Shown: piece by piece, positions 1 to 19,570 of the stretch
How positions within the stretch are numbered: position 1 is the stretch's first letter
Layout of the letters: every line of letters begins with the position of its first letter
Notes under the pieces: model-generated
Told to the model about the DNA's origin: nothing
Databases searched by the model: none
What the model saw: the letters and a program-made list of their open reading frames with translations, nothing else
Source of the DNA: Schmidtea polychroa
Taxonomy: Eukaryota
DNA: 64,000 bases
Direction of reading: 5' to 3'
Assembly (NCBI GenBank): GCA_044892525.1
Contig: CM097885.1
Coordinates: 8,930,001 to 8,994,000, forward strand
Program-made: the position numbers and the translations under genes

Positions 1-637
<637 letters not shown>

Positions 638-1579
638 AACAATAATTTTGTTATTTTCAAATTTCGATTTAAATAATTTTTGAAAAATATTTAATTATTT
701 TTCAAGAATTTTGAAAAGAAAATTACAAATAAATAAGAAATACACTGAAAAATTACCAATAATCAAATATCAATTTTATCTACATCAAAAAACATTTTAA
801 ATATTGAATTTTTAAAAGTAAGAAGAAATAATTATTATTTATAATTATGATGAAAAATTTGAAATATTTTATTAATTTCATAATGAAATATTTAATTGAT
901 TTATTTTCATAATTATTGGTTAGAAACTTATTTGAATAAGACAAAATATTTGCTTTTTTAACATTTTCACAGATATTAATATTTTATTGATTTATTTATT
1001 TTACTACAAATTTTCATTATCCCGATTGACTTATTTTAATTATTTCTTAAAATTCTTGATACAAGATTTAGATTAAATCTTCTGAGTGAATTATATTCTA
1101 ATATTTGGATCAGTGAAATATCCTTATCCAATTATGGATCATTCCCAATATTTATAACCATAACGAGATCATTAGATCAAATGCCAAAACCCCACAATTT
1201 CTGAATACATTAGCGTTACCCAATAAAATTTCATTCAAATATTAAACAATTATTCTTTAAAAAATGAATGAAATTTTTTTGTTTATTTTGTTAAAAAGTA
1301 TTTGAAATAACAATATTGATTTAATTTGAATTTCCGTTTAAAAATGTTATTTAAATTTCCATCAAAATTTTACTTTTTGTTATCAAATTTTAATTTAAAA
1401 TATTTTGTAAGATTTAAAATAAATAAAAAAAATAAATAGTAACATTAATTTCGAATTTCGCTCAAAGCTAAAATACAATATTTATATATTGTTTGTTTAT
1501 CTACATTAAAATACAAATTATAAATATTGAAATTGTAAAAGTCAGAAGTAATAATTAATATAATAAGTATGATTGATGA

Positions 1580-2372
1580 ATTGAGAATAGAGATGGAGAC
1601 AAATATTGGATCAACCAATCAAGTTTGATTATTTATTTGATTTATTATTGATTTGTTATTGATGCGAAGCAGATCAGACAGCAAGTTGATGAGATGAAAA
1701 AGAAATGCGAGCAGCGTCTGCAACAGGAGAATGAATCTCCAAAGGAAATAATTAATATAATAAGTATGATTTATGAAAGTTGTAAAATGTTGAAAATTTT
1801 GTTAATTTTAGATAGCTCTGATGGCTCTGATGTCTCTGATGGCCCTGATGGCTCTGATATAAAATGTATAAATGACGGACATTTTGAATGGGAAATCGAT
1901 GAATTTTCAAAACAAGAGAGAGAGATAAAACAATTTACAGCGAGGAATTTTATTCCGGGCCAAATGGTTACAAAATGTGCTTGAGGTATTTATTACTGAT
2001 ATTTATGATTATTCGGGTTCGGTTAGAGTTGCGTTCATGTTTATGCGTGGGGAAAATGATGAGCAATTGGATTGGCCGTTCAAACAATGTGTGACAATCG
2101 ATGTGATCAATCCAGCAAAGGGCAACATTTATATAAGCGACATTTATTTGAGTGAGTCATTAAAATATTCAGATTGCTCTGATGATTACGAATGGGGAAA
2201 CCGTCAAATAGCAGAAATTATCCAATTTACATTTATAATGATTATTGTCAAGATGAATCAATCTATGAAAAAGCAGAGGAAAATGATGAATTGCTGCTCA
2301 GGTGCAGAATTGAAAAATTATGAAAAATTAAAAAAACATTTCAATAAAAAATTGATTTTTTTTGGTTTTTGA
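1580..2372 (+). pseudogene. TRAF-like coiled-coil + MATH domain gene, frameshifted (pseudogene or sequencing indels)
   Basis: Joining frames gives GHFEWEIDEFS...IYSEEFYSGPNGYKMCL...FMFMRGENDEQLDWPFKQCVTIDVINP...WG, the TRAF MATH pattern (YSxxFY..GYKxCL; MRGExDxxLxWPF). Short GT-AG introns near 1623-1670 and 1764-1811. The 5' boundary is approximate. Confidence 0.75.
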
Positions 2373-3629
2373 TTTGTTTTATTATTTGCCTTGTGCTGGT
2401 TGATCAATATTTCTGGATCAGTTATTGATGCATTTGCCCAATTACAAACTGATTGCAACATTATTGATGCTGTGGATCAGATGTAACCGCATTTAATGCT
2501 GATTGGATCAAATTGGATCATCAATTTAATGAGCATTGTGCAGATCCATTTATTGATCTGCTTTGAATCAATTTTTATTGTTGCTCGTGATTTTGAATTG
2601 AAATATTTTGAAATTTTTAATTTTTATTTTCTTTCCAATAAGTGAAATTTTTGCATTTTAATTTCCCCTCAATTGTTACGCTGCTTTGTTTACAAATTGA
2701 GATTTCAATTGCTATTTTATATTTCTCAACCAATTTCCCTCAAATATCAATAATATCGGAATTGCCGCCAGAAATCAATGAGAAAATCAATGAAAATTAG
2801 CATTATATTGATATGAAATTGAATTATTTATTGAGCAGCTGTCATTATGAGCATGCAACACACATCATCAGGGAATCTCACAATTGCTGTCATTATCTGA
2901 TCTATTATATCAATGCGGATCAGATATTATGGCAGCCATGTTAGATTTCTATCAGATCATTTATTTGAATTTATTATAGTAATATTGAAATTGAGCATTT
3001 CTTATAATTGAAGGTGAAAATGCATTTGATAGAATCCCTTGAAGGCCAGCCAAATTATCATTATCATTACCGATAATTACAATTCCATATTTATAATAAT
3101 GTTGCTAGGTTCAAGGCAGCAACCAAATTGACACCTTTAGGAGTTCCTTGAAATCTTCATCACATTCCCAACAAACATTGAACATTTCAACATCAAAGCG
3201 TTCTGTAGAGTCTCAAAGTTTCTCATTTTCAAGGAGCTTATCAAATATTTGAACGCTTTCATTTTAAATTTCTTTATGTTTGTCTGTTCAAATAATTTTT
3301 TTATTTAAACGTGTTTTTATGAAAAGAATTTTAGATAATTTTATATTAAAATGAAATCTCACAAAAGCAAAGCCGAAAGCTACTGCATAACTAAATCAGT
3401 AATGTATTAGTAGGAATATAAGACCAATCGCATATTTAGTTTTTAATATATTTTTTTTTCAATTATATTTTATTTTATATTAATATTTATTGATTTATAT
3501 TTATTCAATTTCTTTAAAATTTTTAATTAATATTTTTTAACAAACTACGAAATAAATACAATTTTGGCAACATTTATGTAGCAATAATAAAATATTTATT
3601 TTACACCATTTCCAAATTAGATGTGTTAT

Positions 3630-3960
3630 AGTAGTTGGATAGGGGTCCGCTAGATCACGACTCCGCTGGATCACATACCCTCCTCCCTCCCCCTCTTCAG
3701 GGGAAATTTTTAAAATTCTTTTCAAGTTAAAATATGTAGGTCAAGGTCAAATTTTTTAAGCTTAAGATCAATTGTTTTTTTTTAATTTGAAATTCGAGAG
3801 TTCCCGCCAAGGGATATCATAATTTGAAAATAAAAGTCTTTGAAACACCAGGATTATTATTATTATATATACTCCGAGTTTATCCGACAAGATATTTTAT
3901 CCCCATATGGGTATTGCTAGCAAGGGTACTGGTCACGCTCAACAAGGTTATTATTATTTA
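3630..3960. mobile_element. Truncated left terminus of another related Polinton-like element
   Basis: Starts AGTAGTTGGAT (cf. AGTAGATGGAT at 37150), has tandem ccgct(a/g)gatcac motifs then a C-tract and caaggtcaaattttt. Also shares gcaagggtactggtcacgctcaacaag (3920-3946) with ~37814-37841. Confidence 0.75.
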
Positions 3961-6731
3961 TATTATTATTATAACTATTATGAGGAAGTTAAAAGATTCT
4001 TAAAGATTAATAAGAAATTTCGTAAAAATTTTAAAAATATTTTTATTGAAAAATATTTTAAAAAGAAGAAATTTATCAAAGAAATATTTTAAGAAAATCT
4101 GAAATTTGTTTAAATAACAAAAATAATATCAGACAAGTTTTTTGAGATATCTTTTATTAAATAAAATTTTTTGGAATTATTTAGTGATGTAAAAACGGAT
4201 GAGAATCCTATTAATATGATTATTACCAATAGCAGATTATTATGGTTGGGGTGGCTACCATCATCATAACTATTATCACTATCAAAATTCTTACTGTTAT
4301 TATTACTACCCTCGCTATCATTACTCAGATCATTATTATTATCAAGATTTTTACGGCCCTTGATATTATAGCTATCATAACAAGTATTGTCCCAGCTATG
4401 ATTCCGGCTTTATCATTTTTCTCTTATTCGGGATAGTTACTGTGGTTATTCTAGATATTATCGTAGCGATTAATTTCGTGTAGAATGTTCGGTTAATTTA
4501 TTTCCAGAACGTGATCATTTGACAATTTTAGTTTTACAATTTCCGATTTAAAATTTGTCGCGAGTATTCTAGTCAAAATCTAGTCCATGTAGTTACACAA
4601 ACAAAGGTCGTAGATTTTCTTACTTATCGGATTTGGCTCATGTTGTAGTACTACGTTTATCTTATGATTGTGCATGGTGATTATGTTATTTAACTACCAC
4701 ATGCTGTTCACCCCCGATCTCACTGATTACAAAATTCGAGGCCTGGCAGTTTCCGAGTTTTTTTCTTTTTATAGAGTTAGTAGTCGTAAGAGTAGGTTCA
4801 GTATTATGTGTGTTATCCCCGTGTTTCAACATCTGTACTGCCTAGTGCCGTATGTAGTGATTACCTACAGGTTCAATTCCGATGCGACTAAATATGACTA
4901 AGACTGGACTCCGTTTATCATCGTATTCCGAATGTGGTGCCTACTGTCAGGATTCCAACTGATAAAAAATCGGTCCTACATTGGATACGGTATTAATCAT
5001 AAGGTATATCACTCGAATGTCATTTCCTTACAAAAGTACTTTTAGTCAAGGCCACATTTTCCAGGAAACGCTCACTATCGGGTGAAACTTTTTATATCAA
5101 CGAAGAGATCCAGTGAACGACAATATGAAAATTTCAAGTAGAAATACGAATCGAATTAAACGGTAATTGAATTTCTTCGATGGAGATTTACTACGCTCGG
5201 GGACGATGTCTGATACACTGGGGAATGCAAATACACCTTTAACAATGAAAATTCGTTTTGGAGGATGAATGGGGATAGTACACTACGGGGTCCCTCAGTC
5301 ATTGCGAGCACTTTGGTTTTCTTGGTAAGAAGATTGTGGTTTCACTTTACGATGGTAATTTCTGAAAATCTTCTCTCTCTCAGATAAAGTTATAGCTCAC
5401 CATCCTGTGGCAACAGATCAGTGACCCGATCCATACCACTACGACGCTGAAGTATCATCTGACCTGCTGGCAGGAAGAACAACCAGTGTCCCTATAGCTG
5501 TGGCCTTCCGAACCCCAGTTCCAGGGAATATCAAAAATAATACAATATCATAGTGCATTCAATAAACTATTTCACTAGTTGTCATTTCAGTAATAAATCA
5601 ATCCGGATTATGTTTGATCATTATGAGTTCACTCATGAAGCAAATTTACTGTTCAATGTACCTTTACTTAGGAAATAAAATAAATATTCGTTATTTATTT
5701 ACTTATGAAATAATTAAACCTTTCTTATGCCTTTACTTAGGAAATTCAATAAACACATAAGTATAATTGAACAGGAGAGAAAGGGAACCATGAATATTTA
5801 ATATTGTTACAAATCTTCAAATTATTTTACATACATGAATATATAGAAAAAAGTCATACTACGTACAAATAAAGGTTTACTGTCTGCCTGAAATCCGGAT
5901 TAATGATAGAATAGTTCTCCTTTCGTAAAGTTCGTTTAAAACGCTGAATCCTCGAGTGGTTTGTCGGCTGTGTGAATTAGTAGCGTGTTCCTAGTGATCT
6001 GGATAGTCATTTGCTGAATGTGGATTGTCTCACCTAAGTTCGATAGTTTTTAACACTGAAATTTTTGTTTCGGTGCTGTGCTTATATAGATAGTTACAAA
6101 ATGCGCGGACCAATCAGAATTGAGGCGCCGTTAATTTATTTGATTTAATTTAAATTCTATGTTTTTTATAAGTTTTTCCCAGTTTTCTTTATTTTTTTCC
6201 TATACTTTTATTTATTTTCTTAAATTTTCCATTAACTACCTATTTTTGATGTTGTTTTATCAGTTTGATGTGCTTTTATATCCTGATTTTTATTTTAAAT
6301 TTTTGTTTTATTGTTTTATGTTTTTAATTTATTGCTGCACCTTTATTTTATTTCTAATTTATTTTCTGATTTATTTGTGATATTTTTATTGTTTCTTATT
6401 GTTCCTTTCTCATTTTTCTTATTTGTACTATCTTATTTTATTTCAGCCCAACAATTGATAAATTTTTTTAAAATCCTTAATTTATATAGTTATTATATCC
6501 CACTTGATGATAAGAAAACTGTTGAAATATATCGTGAAAAGAATATTTGATTGGCCTTTTCTTATAATAATAATAATTATTATTATTATTGCGGTATTTA
6601 TTTAAAATCTTGACTATGAATCAGTAATAATATCGATGTTTTTTTATATTTTTACATATTGATAGTCAAGTTTTTAATAAACACTATGTCAATTGAAAAG
6701 AAACCGGTAGTGAAAATTGAAAAAAGTTCTT

Positions 6732-6784
<53 letters not shown>

Positions 6785-8232
6785 GTTATTATTATCGATA
6801 GCGTGGTGTCTATGATTTATCCATATTATTAGCATAATAGTTAATAACAACAGTATCGCTATTACTTAACTGATTATCATCATCAAGATTAATATTATAG
6901 TTAAATCCATCTTTAAATCCACCTATAAATTTCTCAGCAAAAGTCTTGAAACCAACAATATATATATTTGATCAAAAGGATTTATAAAATAATAAGTTTT
7001 TAATTTTACACAAAAACCACCACTCCAATTATTAAAACAACCAGATATCTAACTATTATTAAAGTTATTGTTATCATTATTATAGTTATTTATTATCGTT
7101 GCCAATATTTAAAACAATAAAGTGATAATTTAAGCCTTTTTGCTGTAAATGTCCTAAGATATCACTTTATATTGTTTTAAATAATAGATACTGCCAAGAA
7201 AGCATCACTTTATATATTAACAATATTGAAATCAGTAATTCCCTACCTACGATTGTTACTCTTATGGTTGTTATGTCAATTAATATTACTTAATGTTTTC
7301 AATATTTGTTAAATAGTATTACCAACACGAATAATAATAGAAATATATCAAATGTTAAAGACCTTTAATTTTCATTTCGTCATCATTAGTGTTGATTATT
7401 TGCAAGCCATAGCGTTTGACTCATACATCCCTTTCTAGTACATGAATTGTCAATAAGAATAAGTATATTCATTGATCCAAACCACGTTATTTAAATTTCT
7501 TTCTTTCTTTATTTGTAGCATAACATGAATAATCAATCAAACATAAAACTTAAAATCTTGCTTCTCGTGCGCAGACAAGAATGCGTTAAATCCAACTTTG
7601 AAAGAGGAGAACAATTTATTAAAAATGTATATAGATTGTCTAGAGGGGTCCTGGTTCACCTCCGTCCAAATTAAGGATAAGACACAGAAGATATTACAAA
7701 TCAAACATAACCGGGATAACCTGGTCACAGAAAGCAGGTCACAGAGAACCCTGATACATGATCAGCCTTTTATCAGGTGTGTATCAGAGATGGATATTTT
7801 AAATGAAATGGATTCTTATAATATCATTGATATTGTTACTCAGCAATGCAAACTGTAAACGAAAAATTAATGTTGTATACATGTTGTTATTGTAATTTTT
7901 TTGTCATTATTGTATTTCGAATAATTTTTTCTACACTAAATAATCTAGAACTAGTCTACCCTATAAGCTTTCTTAATTATTTTTTTTGTAATATGAAATT
8001 TTACATTATTTGCTACTCGAATTTGTATTTTCATTTAGCTTTAGTGTCACTGCTACAATAAAACAATATTGTTGTTGTAATCTAACAAGTTTCTACAACC
8101 ATTTTATCAGCGTAATAATTCTTTAATAGTATTTTTTATTTACTTACTTAATATATTAAAATGAACTTATATATTAACAGCCAACAAAAATAATTGGCTT
8201 TGTTTTTATAATATTTAAGTATCATATTTAAA

Positions 8233-11200
8233 ATGGAATTTTATGACTTAGAATTAAAATTAAAATCGTACTTGACAAAATATAAAATTAGGTTGTGTGA
8301 TGATCCATATACCGTAAACAATGAAAAAGGAAATGAAATATTGGTTTATAATTTCTGTAATATTTTTATAAGTTTGGAATTAGATTTTAGCAACAAATTT
8401 GTCCAAAGAAATGAAATATAATATTTCTGAAATAGAGGAAGTATTGAATAATTTACGAATAAAATCCATAAACAATATCAAATCCCAAGACAAATTTCAA
8501 CAGGAGTCGGTGGTTTCGATTAAAGTCCATCAACCGAAATCTAATCAAGATGTTAAAAAAATTATTTCATTCATTTTAATTACAACCAATTTAGTTAAAT
8601 TTAGAAATCCTAGATTTTAATAATTTTTTCGGATTGCAATTAAAAAATGAAATTTCCAATTTGCTTGGATATTCAGAAAATTTAATTAAAATAATTTTTC
8701 GAGGAAAATTAATAAAGGACAATGATTTACTAATTAATCAAGGATTAAAAGTGCATTTTAGATTTGATAATATTTTTTTCTAATGAAATTATTACCAATA
8801 TAAATATCTCTGTTATGATATATCTTTTGAAACATAATTGTAAAATTCAGAACAACAGCAAAGTGATGGTGTTACACATCAGTCAGGAAAATGCCACTGC
8901 TAACAGCGATTGTTTGGATTTCGGAAAGAATAAAGATATGGCGGAATATTTAGCCAAGCGTGCAGTAGGTAAAATTCGATATTATTATGAGCTGATGCCA
9001 TCTGATAGTTTGTATAGATGGGAGATTTCAATCCGATTTTATGAATGTCGAAATCACAAATCAAAGTGGAGAAGTGCTACAATTAACTAACAGCCAGAAA
9101 TCAGTGAGAATAAAATGAGGATTTTCCTATTTATGATAACATATTTAGTTGCTAACATATGGCTTGACAATGCACCAGCAGGCTGCGGCACTTATCGGGA
9201 ATAATCAGCACCAAATGGCTCTTTTGCACTGCTTGGAAGCAGACGAAGCCTTTCAGTGAGATTTCATTATAATATTAATTAATTAATTATTATTAATTTT
9301 ATTATTATTTAATATTATTAATTATAAAATATTTATTATTAAATATTATTAAATTTTATTTATAATTATCTATTTTAAATTTTTATATAAATATTATGAT
9401 TTATTTATTAATATATATATATATATAACTTTTATATGTTTATAATATTATTAAATATTTTAATTAATGCAAATTTTAGTTATAAAAAATTATATTATTT
9501 ATCATATTATTAACAATGAATTAATTATATAAAATTATTTTTATAATCATTTATTTTTATTATTAATATTTAATATTATTAAATATTTATTATTAATTAA
9601 ATTATTAAATTTAATATTATTATTTAATAATAATATTGATTATTATAAAATTTTATTTACGATAATTATTAATTAAAATTAGTTTAAAATAATTTTTAAA
9701 ATTAACTAATTTTATTTAATGAAATATAAACGAATGAAAAGTGAGCAAATAGATATCTATTGACCTACCAATTGTATGTGTAGGAAGTGTGAATATTGCG
9801 AATATTATTTATTATTAATTATGATATTATTAACAATGTAATTAATTATATAAAATTATTTTTATTATTAATATATATTTTTATGATTTATTAATTAATA
9901 TTTTTTAATATTATTTATTAATTAATATTTTTTAATATTATTTATTTATTTATTATTAAATATTAATATTTATTTTTTACTATTATTTTCTGTTTTTAAA
10001 AATATTTATTATGATTTATTTGTTAATATAAATTTTTCTTATAAAAAATTATTTTATTTATTATTAATTAATTTGAATTTTTTATTTATTTTTATTAATA
10101 ATTAAATTATTAAATTGATTTTTATAAAATTTTATTTGCGATAATCATTAATTAAAATTACTTTAAAATAATTTTTAAAATTAATTAAAATTAAATAGTT
10201 AAAATTAAATAATTAAAATTTTTAACTAATTTTATTTAATGAAATATAAACGAATGAAAAGTGAGCAAATAGATATCTATTGACCTACCAATTGTATGTG
10301 TAGGAAGTGTGAATATTGCGAATATTATTTATTGTTAATTATGATATTATTAACAATGTAATTAATTATATAAATTTATTTTTATTATTTTTATTATTAA
10401 TATTTATTTGTTAATATAAATTTTTCTTATAAAAAATTATTTTATTTATTATTAAATTAAATATTATTATATAATAATATTGATTTTTATAAAATTTTAT
10501 TTACGATAATTATTAATTAAAATTGCTTTAAAATAATTTTTAAAATAAATTAATAATTAATTAAATTAATTAATAAAAATTAAAATATAAATTATGAGAA
10601 ATAAAATTTTTTAACTAATTTTTTTAATGAAATATAAAAGAACGAAAAGTGATTTTATTGACCTACCAATTGTATGAGTAGGAAGTGCGAATATTGCGAC
10701 AGCATTGACAATGTAGCGATATTACAACTAGATATCGTCTGGTGTTACTATTGCCTGCAAAACATGGATGACCTATCAAATGCCAGTCCGTACAATTATA
10801 ACTCGAATATGGACATGCATTGAACACATATTTGACATTTAGAAATCCGGCTGGACATTTGTGAGAGGAGGATGAAGAAATGTTACGGAGAAGGAAATGA
10901 AAGAATCAAGCGTATTAGGGAGAAGAAATCATTTGAGGGAGTCCCGGAAAGCATTCACGTGTTTCGGCTGTACCTATTGAAAGCAATTGTTGCATTCTAT
11001 GAGAATGATATCGGGAATGGACGGGAGAATCTATTGAAGGCACGCAATTTATTGATTGTTTCATTCTGTAAATGATTCCCTGTGTTGTAGGCATCAGAGA
11101 TTTACAGCTCATTTGTTATACCTGAGTCTCTGGTCACTGAAGGTGAGTGAATGTGTTTATCTGTGTATTCATTGGTCAACTTATCGATGATTTACTATCG

Positions 11201-13628
11201 TTAGTGATGCTGCTGGGGTTCACTCGGAACCAAGCAATAGAGGGGCTTAGAGTCAGCAAGGAAATGCCGACCTGTGTGGAATATATTCTTCGCAGGACAG
11301 AGGACCAAGTATTGCTAGCTGAGAAACGGGAAATAGATCACAGACGGCACGTAATTGCGAAACGGCTCGGTTTTACGATGGATCACACAAGGTTAGTTGT
11401 TTATTTACCAACAATAAGGGGCCTGATGACAATGTATACAGGTCTTATTGGGTACTGTAGTAAGTTATATTTTTTTATTATTATTTACCTTTTAAATAAA
11501 AAAACTATGTAGTTTAATTCTCTATAGTAAAATATAGTAAAATTTACAAAAAAAATAAATAAATAAAAGAATTATGAATATGAATGCTATGAAGAATATG
11601 AAAATTATGAAAGTTATATATGATTTCCTTCATGACTTCCTATTGTCCAGGTGAATAAATTTTGATACGTTAACTGCTTTTTTATTGGTTTAATAAAAGT
11701 AGTAATAAAAGCAGTCCAGATACAATTTTTAAAGCTGATGCTGCTGGGTACTACAGATTTCTCCCGTAATTGGTATTGCGAGTAGGATACTACCACATGT
11801 ATAAATAATGACAATAAATAAAGGCTTGATAATGAATAAGATATATGGGTATAAATAATGATGATAGTAAATAAGGGCATTAATGACAATGTATAGGTGC
11901 ATTGATTAGGATAAATAATGATTTAATGACAATAAATAAAGGCTTGATAATGAATAAAGGACAATGACAATATAGGGGCATTGATGGGTATAGATAATGA
12001 CATGGTAATGAATAAGGGCCCTAATGATGTATACAGACTGTAAATGAATAAGGGTGTAATGACAATATATAAGGGCTGGATGACTATATATAGGGCTCAT
12101 TAATAGCAAAAATAATGACTGAATGACAATAAATAAGGACTTTGTAATGTATAAGGGTCTTAATGACAATTTATCGGGGCGTGATGAAAGTAAATGAGGT
12201 CTTGATGACAATTAATATTTATTTTGATTGGTTGTTTTCATTATTTGTTTGTTTTGACTGTTTTGTACATTCGAATCATATCTAAACATATTCTACTAAG
12301 AAATAATTCCTTATAAGATATTAATTCATAACTAACCCATCAATATCATTAAATGCTCTATTAATTATCTGTAGCAATCAACATGGCTTTATCATTTGCT
12401 CTCATCGATTATTTCGTTCATATTTGATACAAAATATCTGCACTCATATTGGATCTGTCTTGCCGTCTTTGGCCAGTATTATATTATTTTCTACATTATA
12501 CTCAAATATAGCAAAATGCACTTTAATATCTCAGCTAATTTGCATTTTTCTAAATAATTATATAAGTCAATTGCAGACAGTTTCCATAGGTACTTCTCCT
12601 AGCAACACAAATATTGATGTTAATAGATATTGAATTTGTTTATATCATTTGTGCAATGAAGTTATTTGATAACGATATATTAAATTACCACGTATAAATC
12701 TGTTCAGTATAAATCTTGATGTGCTGGAAAGGCTCATTGAACAGTCACATATGAACAATGGTCTTTGTTTAGCAGCAGTTCGACGAGCTAATAACAATTT
12801 CAATGACGCTATGGAACTGCTATTCACTCATCAAGACCAATTATTAACAGACCTAGCAGAACAACAAGAACAAGGGATTGTTACTGATGGAGATATTAGA
12901 TACGAGGCAGTTCTAGAGGAGAAAAATGCTATTCATAAAGTAGAAACATTGATTTAATATAGGACTTATCTGTTTTTGAAGATCGAGAAAAGGGTGAATA
13001 AAGATAGAGAGATCATCAGGAAATGTTTGCGTCAGTCATATGGCAACATTGAGATGGCAATAGATTCATTGGTTGCTGGAAATCTCACCGTAGCAGCCGC
13101 AGCAGCAGCAGATGACTGTCCTATCATGTCTCATTCCAGCTCTCCAGGAGAAATGAGTTCCAGTGCGAATAATATTGACATGTATGTATAAAATCATTAT
13201 CTATCCCATGGTTCCCAGCCAAATAGCAATTAATTAATGGCTTACTGCTACAATTAGGTTACTTAAGGTTAGATTCAGCGATCCCCTAGGTAACAGAAAT
13301 GGTTATTTATTACCATAGCAACTGCACATAGGTCGATTATAATTTGACACTGTCCATTATTAGCAAAACCTTTGATGTCATCATTTCTGGTTGCTATTGT
13401 AACCGGGTGGGAACCATTGACCCGAATTATTATCTATTGTAATCAATATTCAATAGAACGGAATTGGAACGTGAAATATACGAAACAATTGGAGACAACG
13501 CTCAATTTTCCCAAGAAAATCAATACATTAATCCCGATTTGGTTCATGAAATAATGGCCTTCAACAAATTTGCCCAGATGCTCAGCATTCAAGAAATTAC
13601 ATATGACATAAACACCTTTGCCTGGTAA
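8233..13628 (+). CDS. NUB1: NEDD8 ultimate buster 1 (UBL + UBA domains), multi-exon
   Basis: Exons read KIRLCDDPYT, YLAKRA, LLEADEAF, DNVAILQLDIVWCYY, KKCYGEGNERI, RLYLLKAIVAFY, LLGFTRNQAIEGLR (UBA) and further UBA-like helices, matching animal NUB1. The last exon ends TAA at 13626-13628. Confidence 0.9.
9280..10700 (+). repeat. ~520-bp tandem duplication in a NUB1 intron that copies the splice acceptor
   Basis: attgacctaccaattgtatg.gtaggaagtg.gaatattgcga occurs at ~9760-9801, ~10280-10321 and ~10657-10699 (the true acceptor). Confidence 0.85.
11800..12212. repeat. Degenerate minisatellite in a NUB1 intron
   Basis: Repeated variants of aataagggc..taatgacaat. Confidence 0.6.
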
Positions 13629-13718
13629 CCAACTGCAACGACAACAAAAACTCAACTGATTTATTTTAAAAAATAAACTTATTGATTAGTTCGGTTTTGA
13701 TATAAAAATATTTTCATT

Positions 13719-17396
<3,678 letters not shown>

Positions 17397-19570
17397 ATCA
17401 TTAAAATAACTTGTAAAGAAATTATAATTTTTAAAATTTTAAATTTGATAACAATCTAGCATAAACAGCAAATAAGTCATTATAACAAAGAAAACCTTAA
17501 ACAAGTTATATAAATTATTATGAGAAAAATATAAATTGTATAATTCAAAAAATTATTCTTATCAATATTTTAAATAAAATTTGAAACTTGAAAAAAGTTT
17601 AAAATGTTTGTAATTCATAAAATATATAATTTTAGTATTGAATCGCAATGGTTTGGCAAGAGGCTAAGTTGCGCACAATTCAAGTCAATTCAATTCAATG
17701 TCCCCACATTAGTAAAACTGGTGAAAGAAGAACTTGTTTAAATACCGAAGGTATAAACAGACAAACAAAGGCATCCGTTTGAAATTAAACATAAAAAGCT
17801 TGTTATGAAAAAATAAATAATCGTATTGTGGGGATGTAACGTTTGACTATTTCAGTCTCCTTAACTGTTAAGGCACTTTAATATAAGAGTCATTGTGACT
17901 TGGGCTTTGGCCACTTATATAGACCTGTTGCATTGGTTACAGGCTGTCTTCGATATCAAAGTCATTGTGCTGTGCAGTCATTATTATTGTAAGCTGATTC
18001 AATATTGTATATAATCCAGTGACCTTATGTGCCCACTCTTTGTCTTGATTTTAGTCCTACTTCTGTAATTTTTGTTAAGAACATAATAACGAATGTAAAT
18101 TTGTTGTGATCACGAGTCAATACAGGTCAAAGAACCAATAATTGTGAACGCAATTTTTAAATATTTCTTAGTTTAGTCCCGATTATAAAAGCTGTACATT
18201 TGAAAGAACTTTTATTATCATTCCGTCTATGCCACTACGTAAATTTAAGCGACTTAGAATAAATAATAAGATTCCCATTTCCGCCAATTACCTGAAACTA
18301 CTGACAATCGTTTGGGAATTATCATAACATCCGATTCACCGTAGGCCTTATCACAAGTAAATTAGTCGATCGAAATAGTCACTGCCATTCGCATTAACAA
18401 TTAGGTATAAACAGGAACTGTCGTCACGAATCGACTTACGGATAATTCCATCAAAACTAGAATTCGGTGAATGTCTGCAAGAGACAGAACACAATGCATC
18501 ATCCTGGTAGATAATTAATGTTACGTTTACAGAAAATTTTTAATTTAATTATAATTTCAAATCAATTTGGCGAAAGGATAGGTAAACGGAAACCTCACTT
18601 AAAGTGTGAAGCGCGCTGAATCGTCTGTTTGATTGAAATAAAGAGTTAATTAGTTAATTAGATAACTAGCCTCTAAATATTTCCCCTCATTTAAATTTAA
18701 CTTGGCCTGATAAATATCGAGTTTATTTAAATTAAGTATTTTTGGAGGTTATATTTGCGTCTAATGAGTTTAATGAGTTTAATGTTTTTTGAGTTTAATG
18801 ATAAAGTAAATAGATGGATATGTTAAATAATCAAATCTCGTCCCCAAGTTTGGCAAAGTTGCTTTGGTTATGATATGTCGATGAGTAAAGATTAAGTCGA
18901 ATTCGATAACAATGTAGAATGTCTAAGAGATAATTGCATGAACACAAATGAACAGTTTCGTAGAGTCTTGACCCTGAGATATCTGATCGTACACCTTTCT
19001 TAACCGTTCTATTAAGCCACCCCATGACTCATTGTAAATTTTCGTGTGCTGATAAGAACGCAAATCTTCGACAGTTAAATGACTATTTCGGAGTTTTAAA
19101 GAAGCGGATTGGCACGCTTGAAAGTACGTGGTTCTCCCCAACACTCATGAAATAGGCAAATAAGAAAATTTTGCAGAGAAACCCTTGCCTAATACAGTCA
19201 TACCTGCCACTGCTTCCACTTCTACACTTTTTTATGACTCACAACTGGAATTAGATATCACCGCTATGCTAAACGAGACTGAAGTGTTTTGATGAAACAT
19301 AAAGTTAAAGCATTTGCGACAAAAATAATGAGCAATTTAATTCCCAACAATTCTACAATATTGGAAAGTTCAAGCAATAATGAAGATGATAAGTCAGAAT
19401 GTCTGAACCAATATAAAAATACAAAAATATATATTTCTTCTTTTACGATACGGAAACACCAAAATTCACAGAATTTAAGCTTGGAAAATGAATACAAACA
19501 ATTCGAAAATTTGTACAACATCATACTAATAATAAGGCTAACTTATACTGCCTCCGAGCGAGTCAAATAG

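Noticed and set aside
4440..6130. Possible decayed LTR-retrotransposon gag/leader region
   Set aside because: Higher GC, but no convincing domain motif, LTR pair or primer-binding site seen.
7598..7858. Possible LINE ORF1 fragment
   Set aside because: Only a vague resemblance; no zinc knuckle or adjacent RT.
17640..19560. Short ORFs upstream of katanin
   Set aside because: No recognisable family or consistent exon chain; probably decayed repeats.
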